Below are positions 37,950 to 47,907 of a stretch of 64,000 nt of DNA, one piece after another (position 1 is the stretch's first letter; the number at the start of each line of letters is the position of its first letter). The position numbers and the translations under genes are program-made. Source of the stretch: Candidatus Latescibacterota bacterium (GTDB lineage: Bacteria; Latescibacterota; UBA2968; UBA8231); the NCBI GenBank assembly GCA_965203355.1, contig OZ241889.1, positions 3,648,001 to 3,712,000 of the forward strand, in the 5' to 3' direction. Below the pieces are notes generated by a model that was not told where the DNA came from, searched no databases, and was given only the letters and a program-made list of their open reading frames with translations.

Positions 37950-40900
37950 TCAGCGAATCAACGCCAGCTTGGCCGTTTGAACCGCCTCGTCGGTTTGCAA
38001 CACAGCCCAATACACGCCAGAAGCCGCCGCCGCGCCCGCGGCCGTGCGACCATCCCAACGCACCCGGTGCGTCCCCGCCTCCAGCCAGCCAGCGGCCAAG
38101 GTGCGAATGGATTGTCCCAGCAGATTATAGACAGCAAGCCGCACCACACCGGCCTCGGCCAGCGCAAAGGGAATGGTCACGGCCGCGTTGAACGGCGAGG
38201 GAAACGGATCGCCCAGACCCAAAAGCCGCGCCCCGGCCACGCGCTTAGCCGCACTGGTTGGTGGCTCCCCCACATTCACATTCTGCAACTGCCAGTGCTC
38301 GAAAGAGGCGGCGCGATCTTGATTGGTGATATGGCGGAACTCGATAATGTTGGCGCCGGTGCGTAAGTATGATGGGGCCAAGACGAGATACCAAGACGTC
38401 CAATCCGCGCTCGCTGGAACCGGATTGTAAGACCGTCCATTGATAAAAATGACGACTTCATTGTCGCTTATGTCCTTTGCCGTAAAATAACACGCGACAC
38501 TGGAATGGGTTTGCTCATCAAAATCAAAACCGAATTTGACGCTTCTGGGATTTTTGGTAACGGCCGGCGGGCTGTATCCGAACAGCCCTCGGCTCGGCAG
38601 CGACTCCACCGCTTCGCCTTCAACAATAATGCGCTTCGCCCCGGAAGCCTGAGACCCTGTAACAACGACCTTCACGTCGCCGCTTCGCGCTCCGATTGGG
38701 ACCCTAACCACGATGCGGCTATCGCTCCAAGTCACGTAATCGCCGGGCACGGGCCGGACATTGGGCGTAAAGCGGACGTAACCGCTCCCCCGCGACGAGC
38801 CGAAATTGGCCCCGGTCAGGGTCAGGCGGTCTCCGGGTTTGACTCGGCTCGGAGCAACGCGGCCCAAGTAGGGGCTTGTTATCTCCAAGCGAATAGCGTT
38901 GCTGGTTCCGGCCGAAGTGCGGACGGCGACATTTCCAGAGCGCATGTTGGCGGGAACGCGAAACCGGATGCGGGTATTAGACCAAGCGATATACGAAGAA
39001 GAAGGAAGCGCGACCGAACCAATACGAACCGAACTACGCCCCCGCAACGAGCCGAAATTGCGCCCGCTGACGGTCACGCCTTGACCGGACTGCGCCCGAC
39101 GCGGGGAGAGGCTGATAATCCGAGGAGAAGCACTCGTTATCTCCAAGCGAATGGCGTTGCTGGTTCCGGCCGAGGTGCGGACGGCCACATGACCTGAACG
39201 CATGTTGGCGGGAACGCGGAACCGGATGCGGGTATTAGACCAAGCGATATACGAAGAAGAAGGAAGCGCGACCGAACCAATACGAACCGAACTACGCCCC
39301 CGCAACGAGCCGAAATTACTACCGCTGACGGTCACGCCTTGACCTGACTGCGCCCGACGCGGAGAAAGGCTGATAATCCGAGGAAAAGCACTAGCGGTTC
39401 TAGTAGTGCTATCGGCAGCTCGCATAATCGGCAGCACGAGTTTGCCGTAGCCGCTGTCGTTGTCCCGGCCCCGAGTTCCTATGTCAACCGTTGCCGCAAC
39501 AAGCGCGTTCCACAGTTGAGCACGCGAGTACGATGGGTTCGCCGACTTGATCAGGGCCGCCGCGCCAGCCACGTGGGGAGCCGCCGCGGAAGTCCCGCTA
39601 AAACCATAATATCCCATCGGCTTTCCATAAGAAACCGTCGATACTCCACTCGGCGCGACGAGTTCGGGCTTGAAGCGGCCATCGGTAGTGGGACCTCGGG
39701 AACTGTAATCTGCAATCCGACCTAGATTGTAGTAGTCATACTGGACCGCCCCGACGGCCATGGCTCCTCGGGCGTCCGCCGGGGTCGAGATACTGTTCTT
39801 AGCGACCGCATACTTTTCAAGATTGTGATTATATGACCATATTTTTAGCCTTCTAGGTAGGGCATCTTGGTTGCGAATAGCAATGTTATAGCGCCCCGCT
39901 TCTTGCGCTTCATATTCGATAATTTCTACGGGAAACCACCGGGAATTATCTTGAACATCGGTACTTCTGGCGGCTAGTTCTAAATCGCCAGCGGAGTTTG
40001 TAAAATAGAGATACAAGTCGTAGTTCTGAGCGGTGGTGGGCCAATCATTCCAAGTCAAGTAAACGTCTATCTCATCCCCTTTCTCGGCTTCAAAGCTCAA
40101 CACCGCATCTTCGCCGCCAAAGTTGTGCCAACGGTCCTCGTCGCGATCAGACCAGAATCCATCGTAATGGCTCTGGGCGTAATTGCCCGCTGAATTTACC
40201 CAGAGAATGCCCTTGTTGGCCGCGTCATTTACAATATCGCAGGCCAGCCCTCGCCCATCGCCAAAGCCGGTTGCATTGAGAGTTCCAGAGTGGCTTATCA
40301 CATCAATGCCGTCTCGTATGGCACGGTCCTTGGCGTTCTCAAGATCAACCGAATCCCCCACCTTATAGAAGTAGAGTTCGGCTTCCGGGGCCACATCGTG
40401 GATAATCTCGGCACAAGCGGTGCCGTGGACACTATCGCCAGCGTATATTCCCTCACCCGTAAAGTCGAAGTACCGCCAACGCGCTGGCATGTCTCCAGAC
40501 AGTTGTTTAGCCCCCTTAAATCCATCGTCAATAATCGCCACCTTGACCCCTTGGCCTCGCACACCTCTGAAGTAATTATCATGCGCTTTGATGAGCCGCC
40601 GCCCTTCGCTGAACGTCGCTTGAGAATGCGGCCGATGCGGCCGGCGGACAAAGCGAACCTCCGGTAGCTCGGAAACCGCCAGCAGCGCCGCCGCCGGAAC
40701 CGAAACCCGCATCAGACTCTTAGACTGGGCCAGCACCCGCCCGCCCAGCGCCGCCAGCGACGACGTATCAATCGAAGCCGACCCTTGGCCAAGATGCGGA
40801 ACCAAGATGACGACGACCGGGTCCGGCAAATCGCCAACCGATTTCGCCGCTCGGGGTGCGGCCAACTCCCACAACGCGCTCTGTATCTTGGCCGGGCCGT

Positions 40901-40997
40901 CGGGCTTGTCCGGTGTGAAGTCCAGATTTTGTCCCCAAAGGGATATGTAGCTAAGGACGCCCAAGAAAAGGGCGGTCGCGATTCTATCAGCGATCAT
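37950..40997 (-). CDS. Secreted S8 subtilase with IPT/TIG repeats and FlgD-Ig-like C-terminal domain
   Basis: VAIIDDG, HGTACA, NSAGN, GTSAAAPHVAG; G.NFG IPT repeats; PFPSPFN..VYNLLGQ..WDG. Confidence 0.9.
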   Translation of the reverse strand: MIADRIATALFLGVLSYISLWGQNLDFTPDKPDGPAKIQSALWELAAPRAAKSVGDLPDPVVVILVPHLGQGSASIDTSSLAALGGRVLAQSKSLMRVSVPAAALLAVSELPEVRFVRRPHRPHSQATFSEGRRLIKAHDNYFRGVRGQGVKVAIIDDGFKGAKQLSGDMPARWRYFDFTGEGIYAGDSVHGTACAEIIHDVAPEAELYFYKVGDSVDLENAKDRAIRDGIDVISHSGTLNATGFGDGRGLACDIVNDAANKGILWVNSAGNYAQSHYDGFWSDRDEDRWHNFGGEDAVLSFEAEKGDEIDVYLTWNDWPTTAQNYDLYLYFTNSAGDLELAARSTDVQDNSRWFPVEIIEYEAQEAGRYNIAIRNQDALPRRLKIWSYNHNLEKYAVAKNSISTPADARGAMAVGAVQYDYYNLGRIADYSSRGPTTDGRFKPELVAPSGVSTVSYGKPMGYYGFSGTSAAAPHVAGAAALIKSANPSYSRAQLWNALVAATVDIGTRGRDNDSGYGKLVLPIMRAADSTTRTASAFPRIISLSPRRAQSGQGVTVSGSNFGSLRGRSSVRIGSVALPSSSYIAWSNTRIRFRVPANMRSGHVAVRTSAGTSNAIRLEITSASPRIISLSPRRAQSGQGVTVSGRNFGSLRGRSSVRIGSVALPSSSYIAWSNTRIRFRVPANMRSGNVAVRTSAGTSNAIRLEITSPYLGRVAPSRVKPGDRLTLTGANFGSSRGSGYVRFTPNVRPVPGDYVTWSDSRIVVRVPIGARSGDVKVVVTGSQASGAKRIIVEGEAVESLPSRGLFGYSPPAVTKNPRSVKFGFDFDEQTHSSVACYFTAKDISDNEVVIFINGRSYNPVPASADWTSWYLVLAPSYLRTGANIIEFRHITNQDRAASFEHWQLQNVNVGEPPTSAAKRVAGARLLGLGDPFPSPFNAAVTIPFALAEAGVVRLAVYNLLGQSIRTLAAGWLEAGTHRVRWDGRTAAGAAAASGVYWAVLQTDEAVQTAKLALIR
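38878..39385 (-). repeat. Near-identical tandem duplication (~255 bp) of one IPT/TIG domain
   Basis: PRIISLSPRRAQSGQ..TSNAIRLEITS occurs twice. Confidence 0.9.
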
Positions 40998-41115
40998 ATT
41001 GATTTCACCATTGCTCCACATTATACGGCGGGTTGAACATCGGCGGCGGCTTATAATACGCCGGTCAAAACGAGACAGCAACGAAACTTGCGGCGGACGC
41101 TAGCGAAAACTCGGC

Positions 41116-44097
41116 TCAGCGAACCAACGCCAGCTTGGCCGTTTGAACGGCACCTCCGGTTTGCAACACAGCCCAATACACGCCAGAAGCCGCCTCGGCT
41201 CCCGTCGCCGTGCGACCATCCCAACGCACCCGGTGCGCCCCCGCGTCCAGCCAGCCAGCGGCCAAGGTGCGAATGGATTGTCCCAGCAGATTATAGACAG
41301 CAAGCCGCACCACACCGGCCTCGGCCAGCGCAAAGGGAATGGTCACGGCCGCGTTGAACGGCGAGGGAAACGGATCGCCCAGACCCAAAAGCCGCCCCCC
41401 GGCCACGCGCTTAGCACTAAACGGCTTCCACAAGGCCACGTCTTTCAACTGCCAACGGGCAAAGGATGTGGCGCGATCTTGATTGATGATGTTGCGGAAC
41501 TCAAGGACGTTTTGACCGGGCTGGAGATATTTTGCATCGAGAACGAGATACCAAGTCCGCCAGCCCGCCCCAGCTCTGATCGTTTCATATCGCTGTTCGT
41601 TGAGGAAAATGACCAACTCGTCGTCGCTTATTTCCTTAGTCGAAAATTGACACAGGACATCGCGCTGGATCCCCGCAAAACCGAATTTGACGCTGTTGGG
41701 ATTCTTGCTAACCGCTGGCGGGCTGTACCCGAACAGTCCGCTGCTCGGCAGCGGCTCTATCCATTCGCTGCCAATCTCCACTTGCGCCGCCCCAGTGGCC
41801 CCATCGGCCACAAAAACCCGCACCCCACCACTGCGCGCCGCGGACGGAACGCGGACGACAATAACGCCGTTAGACCAAACCGCATAATCGTCGGCCTCGG
41901 CTCGTACATTGGGATTAAACAACACGTACCCGGCACCGCGCTCAGCACCAAAGTTGCCGCCGCTCAGCGTCAAGTACTCGCCAGCCTGTACTTGCGGGGG
42001 CGAAAGTTGCGCCAAGTACGGGCTGGCGATTTCCAAGCGGATGGCATTGCTGGTGCCTTCAGGCGTCTCGACGGTCACCTGGCCCGAGGGCGCGTTGATC
42101 GGCACGCGAAACCGTATCGTCTCATTCGACCAAGCCTCAAACGAAGACGCCGCAACCGAATCAATCCACACAGAACGGCTATCCCGTGCGAGACCAAAAT
42201 TGTCGCCGGCAATTTCGATGAGATCGCCGGTCTTAGCCCGCGCATCCATACGAGTGTGATTGGCAAGCGCTTCAATGTAAGGCGACGCAACAACCACTTG
42301 GGCGCTATCGAGGCCGACGCCAGTTATCACCTGCACGGCACCGGTGCGCGCGCCGGTCGGTACGCGCACTCGGATCTGCGAGTCGCTCCAAGCGAGATAG
42401 TCCGAATCGCTCGGCTCCTCGTCCGCGAAAAAGACCACTTTGCCCGTCCCCCTGACGGCCCCAAAACCTTGGCCGACGATGGTAACGGGGCGGCCGTATT
42501 GGACGCGGCCAGGTGAGACGCTGGCAATTTGCGGCGCCGGCACCGACAGCACGAGTTTGCCGTATCCGGTGCTGTCGTCCTTGCCCGCTGCGCCCACATC
42601 AACGGTGGCCTCGACCAGGGCCTGCCACAGCTCGTCGCGCGAGAGGGCCGGATTGGCCGACTTGAGCAGGGCAGCGGCACCAGCCACGTGAGGAGTCGCC
42701 GACGACGTTCCCCCAAACAACCGCTCCACCCCATAAGAAGCGGTTGTCACGCCCGAAGGCGCGACCAGATCGGGCTTGATGCGGCCATCGGCGGTGGGGC
42801 CGCGCGAGCTATAGCTTGCTAAGATGTTCAAATCCCATTGGTCCTGTTGGATCGCCCCAACGCTCAGCGAGCCGCGTGCGTCCGACGGAATCCCCAAGCT
42901 GCCAGCCGGAACCGGATATTCAATGTCGTGGTGCCAAGACCACACGCGCAGTTTTTTAGGCTCGGCCGCGCCGACGCGCACCACGGAAACCCCATACGTG
43001 CCCGCTCGCCCGGCAAAGTATTCGAGGAACTCCACTGGTGCTCCGCCATCCGCGCCCTGCACATCCGTGCTTTGGCTGGCTTTTGTAATGTTGCCAAACT
43101 CGTCTTGATGGTAGAGATATAAGTCGTAGTCCGCCGTGGAGATCGGCCAATCGTCCCAAGTCAGCGTCACCCTAATGGCGTTGCCGATCTCGACTGTATC
43201 GACAAAATTCACCATGTCGTCTCCAGCCGCGAAATCGTGCCGATTGTCGCCATCGCTGTCGCGCCAAAAACTCGCGTAGTGCTTTTGGGCGTAGTTGCCA
43301 ACGGCGTTGACCCACAAAATGCCGTGGTCGGCCGCGTCATTTACGATGTCGCAGATGATTCCGCGCCCATCCCCAAAGCCCTCGCCCACCCAAGTCGCCG
43401 AGTAGTTCACGATGGCCACTCGGTTTTGTATGCAGCGATCTTTGGCATTTTCTAAATCCACTATATCTCTTGTCTTGTACAAATAGAGCTCGGCTGCTGG
43501 GGCCACGTCGTAGATGATCTCAGCACACGCCGTGCCATGGGCGTCCGTGCCAGCGTAGATCCCCGCGCCCGTATAATCGCGGAACCACCGCCGCGCTGGC
43601 AGGTCTTCGGGCAAGTTGTCGGCTCCCTTAAATCCGCCGTCGATAATCGCCACCTTGACCCCTTGGCCCTTGGCGCCGACCGCGTGTTTTTCAAATGCGC
43701 GGATGCGCCCGGCACCTTCGCTAACGGTCTGTTGCGCGGACGGACGGCGCGGCTGGCGGACAAAGGCCACGCTCGGCAACTCGGACACCGCCCGCAGCGA
43801 GGCGGCCGGCACTGACACGCGCATCAAGCTCTTAGACCGGGCCAACACTTTGACGCCAAGGGCCGCAAACGACGCCGTGTCAATGGTGGCCGCCATACCG
43901 GCTGCGGGCACCAAAATGACGACCACATCTGAGCGAGTCGGCTTGGCTGCCGCGGGCGCGGCCAGCTCCCACAGCGCACTTTCTATGTTGGGAGGCCCCA
44001 CGGGTTTGGCGGGCGCGACATCGAGGTCTTGCCCCCATAAGGGCGCAGCAAAAAGGAAAAAAGCAAAGAGGAGGCGCACGGCGATCAGGGCTGGCAC
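41116..44097 (-). CDS. Secreted S8 subtilase with IPT/TIG repeats and FlgD-Ig-like C-terminal domain (paralog)
   Basis: VAIIDGG, HGTACA, GTSSATPHVAG; same architecture as 37950..40997. Confidence 0.9.
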   Translation of the reverse strand: MPALIAVRLLFAFFLFAAPLWGQDLDVAPAKPVGPPNIESALWELAAPAAAKPTRSDVVVILVPAAGMAATIDTASFAALGVKVLARSKSLMRVSVPAASLRAVSELPSVAFVRQPRRPSAQQTVSEGAGRIRAFEKHAVGAKGQGVKVAIIDGGFKGADNLPEDLPARRWFRDYTGAGIYAGTDAHGTACAEIIYDVAPAAELYLYKTRDIVDLENAKDRCIQNRVAIVNYSATWVGEGFGDGRGIICDIVNDAADHGILWVNAVGNYAQKHYASFWRDSDGDNRHDFAAGDDMVNFVDTVEIGNAIRVTLTWDDWPISTADYDLYLYHQDEFGNITKASQSTDVQGADGGAPVEFLEYFAGRAGTYGVSVVRVGAAEPKKLRVWSWHHDIEYPVPAGSLGIPSDARGSLSVGAIQQDQWDLNILASYSSRGPTADGRIKPDLVAPSGVTTASYGVERLFGGTSSATPHVAGAAALLKSANPALSRDELWQALVEATVDVGAAGKDDSTGYGKLVLSVPAPQIASVSPGRVQYGRPVTIVGQGFGAVRGTGKVVFFADEEPSDSDYLAWSDSQIRVRVPTGARTGAVQVITGVGLDSAQVVVASPYIEALANHTRMDARAKTGDLIEIAGDNFGLARDSRSVWIDSVAASSFEAWSNETIRFRVPINAPSGQVTVETPEGTSNAIRLEIASPYLAQLSPPQVQAGEYLTLSGGNFGAERGAGYVLFNPNVRAEADDYAVWSNGVIVVRVPSAARSGGVRVFVADGATGAAQVEIGSEWIEPLPSSGLFGYSPPAVSKNPNSVKFGFAGIQRDVLCQFSTKEISDDELVIFLNEQRYETIRAGAGWRTWYLVLDAKYLQPGQNVLEFRNIINQDRATSFARWQLKDVALWKPFSAKRVAGGRLLGLGDPFPSPFNAAVTIPFALAEAGVVRLAVYNLLGQSIRTLAAGWLDAGAHRVRWDGRTATGAEAASGVYWAVLQTGGAVQTAKLALVR

Positions 44098-44199
44098 GCG
44101 GCTTCGCCGGTGCGGCCCAAGATCCGCTGGGACATGTCGCGGTGGTTCGTAGCAGCACGTGCGGTCGAGCGCTTGAGGAAGGGGCGGCGGGAGGAAGGT

Positions 44200-44987
44200 C
44201 TATCGTTCATTATATATAGTCTCCAGTACGTTGCCGCCGGTAATCAACTGCAACGCCGTCGCCAGCAACATCCCATACACCACCCGATTAAACCACACGT
44301 CGCTAAATCGCTGGAGCAAAAACACGCCCAGCTTCACCCCGGCGTACGCCAGTGGAGCCAACAGCAAAGTCGTCTTAAAAATGTCGGCGTGAAAAAGCCC
44401 CAAACCCCAATAGGGCGGCAGTTTGAGCAAGTTGAGCATGGCAAAAAAAATGGCCGTAGTGCCGACGAACACGCGGCGCGGTAGCTGCTGCGGCAGCAGG
44501 TAGATAACCACCGGCGGTGCCCCGGCGTGGGCGATCGTCGAGGTAAAGCCCGAGACCGCGCCCAGCAGCACACCAGCAATCGCCCCCGGACGCTGCCTTT
44601 GCACGGCCCCGACAATCGCCGCCCGCCCGAATTGGAAGGCGACAAACAACAAGGCCAAGCAACCCAAGCCCACCTCTAGAACGCGCTCGTGCTGACTGAA
44701 GTAGCCAAAAAAAAAGCCCCCACGCCGATACCCAAGGCGGAACCGGGGAGGAGCCATTGAACGCTCGTTTTGTCGAAGGTGCGGCGATAGTGTCGGACGG
44801 CAAACACATCGCAGGCAATCAACAGCGGCAACAATAGAGCCACTGCATCGGCGACCGAAACCGTCAGCGCCAAAAGCGGGGTGGCCAAAATCCCAATGCC
44901 GCCGCCAAAACCGGCCTTGGCCACCCCCATCAACAACACGGCCCCGACCGCGCAGACCCAGAATGCGGTCGGGTAGGGCGGCAGCAC
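44200..44987 (-). pseudogene. Sulfite exporter TauE/SafE family protein, frameshifted at T9 run (44707-44715)
   Basis: GVAKAGFGGG..LPLLIACD N-half and SGFTSTIAHAGAPP..NLLKLPPY C-half in different frames. Confidence 0.8.
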
Positions 44988-45757
44988 TACTCGCCTTCTA
45001 CTTGGGTTACTTCAATATCCAAGTCCTCGCGATCGCGCACGTGCTCAACTTGGCCGTCCTTGACCCACACCACGCGGTCGGAGACACTGAGCATCTTGTG
45101 GTCGTGGGTAGCCGAAATGACGGTAACACCGGAGTGCTCGTTCATTTCTTTGAGCAATTCGATGATCTCGGTACCCGTGCGCAGGTCCAAGTTGCCGGTT
45201 GGCTCGTCGGCGAGGACGACGGCCGGGTCGTTGGCCAAGGCGCGGGCGACGGCCACGCGCTGCTGCTGGCCCCCGGACAGCTCGTAGGGCTTGTGCGAGT
45301 ACCGCTCGCCCAGGCCCACCTTGCCCAACAGTTCCATACCCTTGTCGCGGGCTTCGTCGCTGGTCAGGCCAGCAAACACCATCGGCAAGGTGACGTTTTC
45401 GAGCGCGGTCATCACCGGGATCAAGTTAAACGACTGGAAAATGTAGCCGATCTTGCGGCAGCGCAGCCAAGCGAGTTCATACGCGTCGAGCTGGGCGACA
45501 TCCACCTCGTCGATGTACACCTTGCCCTCCGAGGGCTTATCGAGACCGCCGACCATGTTGAAGAAGGTGCTCTTGCCCGAGCCTGAAGGCCCCATGATCG
45601 ACAGGTACTCGCCCGTGTAGATCTCCATATCGACCCCGCGCAGGGCGTGAACCTCAATCTCGCCCATCACGTACGTTTTCTTTACCTGCTGGGTCCGCAC
45701 TACCGTGCGTTTTTCCGCTTCTTGGACAGCGACCTCGCTGGGGGCGGTTTCGGTCAT
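44987..45757 (-). CDS. ABC transporter ATP-binding protein (LolD/MacB type)
   Basis: GPSGSGKST, LSGGQQQRVA, ADEPTGNLD. Confidence 0.93.
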   Translation of the reverse strand: MTETAPSEVAVQEAEKRTVVRTQQVKKTYVMGEIEVHALRGVDMEIYTGEYLSIMGPSGSGKSTFFNMVGGLDKPSEGKVYIDEVDVAQLDAYELAWLRCRKIGYIFQSFNLIPVMTALENVTLPMVFAGLTSDEARDKGMELLGKVGLGERYSHKPYELSGGQQQRVAVARALANDPAVVLADEPTGNLDLRTGTEIIELLKEMNEHSGVTVISATHDHKMLSVSDRVVWVKDGQVEHVRDREDLDIEVTQVEGE

Positions 45758-45778
45758 TGTAAGGTCTCCTCTAAGGAA

Positions 45779-46480
45779 TCAAGTGTCGGAGCGCATGGCT
45801 TCAACCGGCTCCATCTTGGCCGCGCGGTACGCTGGCAACATGGCGCCGACTAGCGAAAGCAAGGTCCCCACCACCAAGGCGTAACCAGCCGATTCGGCGA
45901 TGCCGCTCAGGGGAAAATAGGTGAACGTGTAACCGCCGTAATCGAGCAGAGCCAACCCCAGCGTCAGCGCAAAGCCAATGACGATCCCGGCCGACGTGCC
46001 CGCCAACCCCTGAAAGGTCGATTCGAGCAGGAAGAGCTTGACGATAAAAGTGTCCAAGGCCCCGAGGCACTTCATGGTGCCGATCTCGCGGAAGCGCTCG
46101 GTCACCGACATCAACATGGCGTTGGCAATGCCGACGACGCAGACTAAGAGCGAGAGACTGATGAGCCAAGTCTGCTTGGAGCGCTCTTCTTCCATGCGGG
46201 CCTTGGCCTCGGCGGAAGCGTCGCCGGCCTCAGCGATGCCGGTCTCAATGCCGTTTTTTTGCAACAGCAAGTTGATCTCGCTTTTATCCGCGTCCCGCAG
46301 GCTGCTGATGATTTCGTTGTTGCTCCACACCGACATTAAAAAGGCGATGGCCAAAATCACGCCGCTCGTGGTAATAAGCGAGCGGCCAAAGCGAATTTTC
46401 AGGCTGCGAAAACTAATTTCGACTGCTTTACTCATCGGCAGCACGATCTCCCGACCGCCTGCCAAACGCCTTTCAGACAT
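45779..46480 (-). CDS. FtsX-like ABC permease
   Basis: GIANAMLMSVTERFREIGTMKCLGA, PAYRAAKMEPVEAMR. Confidence 0.9.
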   Translation of the reverse strand: MSERRLAGGREIVLPMSKAVEISFRSLKIRFGRSLITTSGVILAIAFLMSVWSNNEIISSLRDADKSEINLLLQKNGIETGIAEAGDASAEAKARMEEERSKQTWLISLSLLVCVVGIANAMLMSVTERFREIGTMKCLGALDTFIVKLFLLESTFQGLAGTSAGIVIGFALTLGLALLDYGGYTFTYFPLSGIAESAGYALVVGTLLSLVGAMLPAYRAAKMEPVEAMRSDT

Positions 46481-46538
46481 GGTTATTCTCCCAGCGTATG
46501 CTCGCGTTCACAATACGTAAATAAAGGTAAAAAATCGG

Positions 46539-46595
46539 TAGTGATACATTTTGAAATTGACCTTCACATTGAAAGGGTCGACTACCAACGCACGG
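46539..46595. repeat. Short inverted-repeat element end (GTGATACATTTTGAAAT) with hairpin
   Basis: Matches ends at 47881-47897, 52725, 58160, 58254. Confidence 0.6.
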
Positions 46596-46600
46596 GGCGA

Positions 46601-47734
46601 TTACTCGCAGAAGGCCAGGCCGAGTTTGTCTAAATCATGGTTCGGTATCGCTTGCGCTTGCAAAACAGCCGGGATACACCCCGTCAACTGATTTTTTCGG
46701 AGTTTTAGGGTTTGCAGTTTTTCGAGTTTTCCCAGGGCGTCGGGAATCTTCCCGGTCAACTGGTTGCTGGTCAGTTTTAGGATTTGCAAGTTTTCGAGTT
46801 TTCCCAGGGCGTCGGGAATCGATCCCGTCAACCTGTTTTTGATGAGGTTTAAGCCCGTGACGCGGCCTTGGTCGTCGGTGGTTACGCCATGCCATTGGTT
46901 CAGCGGAGCATCGCTGTTCCAGCCGCGGCGCTTCTTCCAGCCATCGCCGCCCGTAGCCTGATAGAACGCGATCAGCGTGTCCCGATCCGAGTCATCGGTA
47001 ACAGAATCATCGGTGCCAGCCGAACAGGCGTCCAACCCGAGTTTGTCTAAATCATGGTTCGATATCGCTTGCAAAGCAACCGGGATACACCCCGTCAACT
47101 CGTTACTGGAGAGGAATAGCTCTTTCAGATTTTCGAGTTGGGCTAATGCTGCGGGAATCGCCCCCGTCAACTCGTTGTCGAAGAGGTATAGGCTGCTCAG
47201 GTTTTCGAGTTGGGCTAATGCTGCGGGAATCGCCCCCGTCAACTCGTTTCTGGAGAGGAATAGGCGTTCTAGGTTTTTGAGTTGGGCTAATTCTTTGGGA
47301 ATCGCCCCGGTCAAACCGTTGTCGAAGAGGTATAGCCATTTCAGATTTTTGAGTTGGGCTAATTCTTTGGGAATCGCCCCGGTCAAACCGTTGCTGAAGA
47401 GGTGTAGCCATTTCAGGTTTTTGAGTTGGGCTAATGCTGCGGGAATCGTCCCGGTCAAACCGTTGCCGCCGAGGTGTAACCAAATGACGCGGCCTTGGTC
47501 GTCGACTTTCACGCCATGCCACTGGTTCAGCGGAGCGTCACTGAGCCAGCCGGTGCGATCCTTCCAGTTGTCGCCGCCCGTAGCTTTATAGAACGCGATC
47601 AGTGCCGCCCGATCCGAGGAATTGTCGGTAACTTTACCGGCCGGTGCCAACGGGGACGAAGCGGGGCTTTCCGGCTGGCGATCTCCACAAGCAAAAAGCA
47701 ACGAGGCACCGATCAGGACGAATAGGCTGCGCAT
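46601..47734 (-). CDS. Leucine-rich repeat lipoprotein with plant-type 24-aa LRRs, two capped modules
   Basis: LLFAC lipobox; DRAALIAFY..W..W..WHGV cap twice; LxNLxxLxLxxNxLTGxIP repeats (72-bp DNA period). Confidence 0.9.
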   Translation of the reverse strand: MRSLFVLIGASLLFACGDRQPESPASSPLAPAGKVTDNSSDRAALIAFYKATGGDNWKDRTGWLSDAPLNQWHGVKVDDQGRVIWLHLGGNGLTGTIPAALAQLKNLKWLHLFSNGLTGAIPKELAQLKNLKWLYLFDNGLTGAIPKELAQLKNLERLFLSRNELTGAIPAALAQLENLSSLYLFDNELTGAIPAALAQLENLKELFLSSNELTGCIPVALQAISNHDLDKLGLDACSAGTDDSVTDDSDRDTLIAFYQATGGDGWKKRRGWNSDAPLNQWHGVTTDDQGRVTGLNLIKNRLTGSIPDALGKLENLQILKLTSNQLTGKIPDALGKLEKLQTLKLRKNQLTGCIPAVLQAQAIPNHDLDKLGLAFCE

Positions 47735-47830
47735 GGCAAATCCTTTCTATTTCTATAATGAGAGAAGAGGCAGTATGCGTACTCGTGTAAGAATATAATA
47801 TAGTGATTCGTTTTGAGGTCTCAAGCAGTC

Positions 47831-47897
47831 TCGGTGCGTTTTCGGTATGCTATGTCATGGAGCTTGTTCGGCACCTCTACATTTCAAAATGTACCAC
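47831..47897. repeat. Short inverted-repeat (MITE/REP-like) element
   Basis: GGTGCGTTTTCGGT ... ATTTCAAAATGTACCAC. Confidence 0.6.
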
Positions 47898-47907
47898 GGC
47901 CAAAAAA

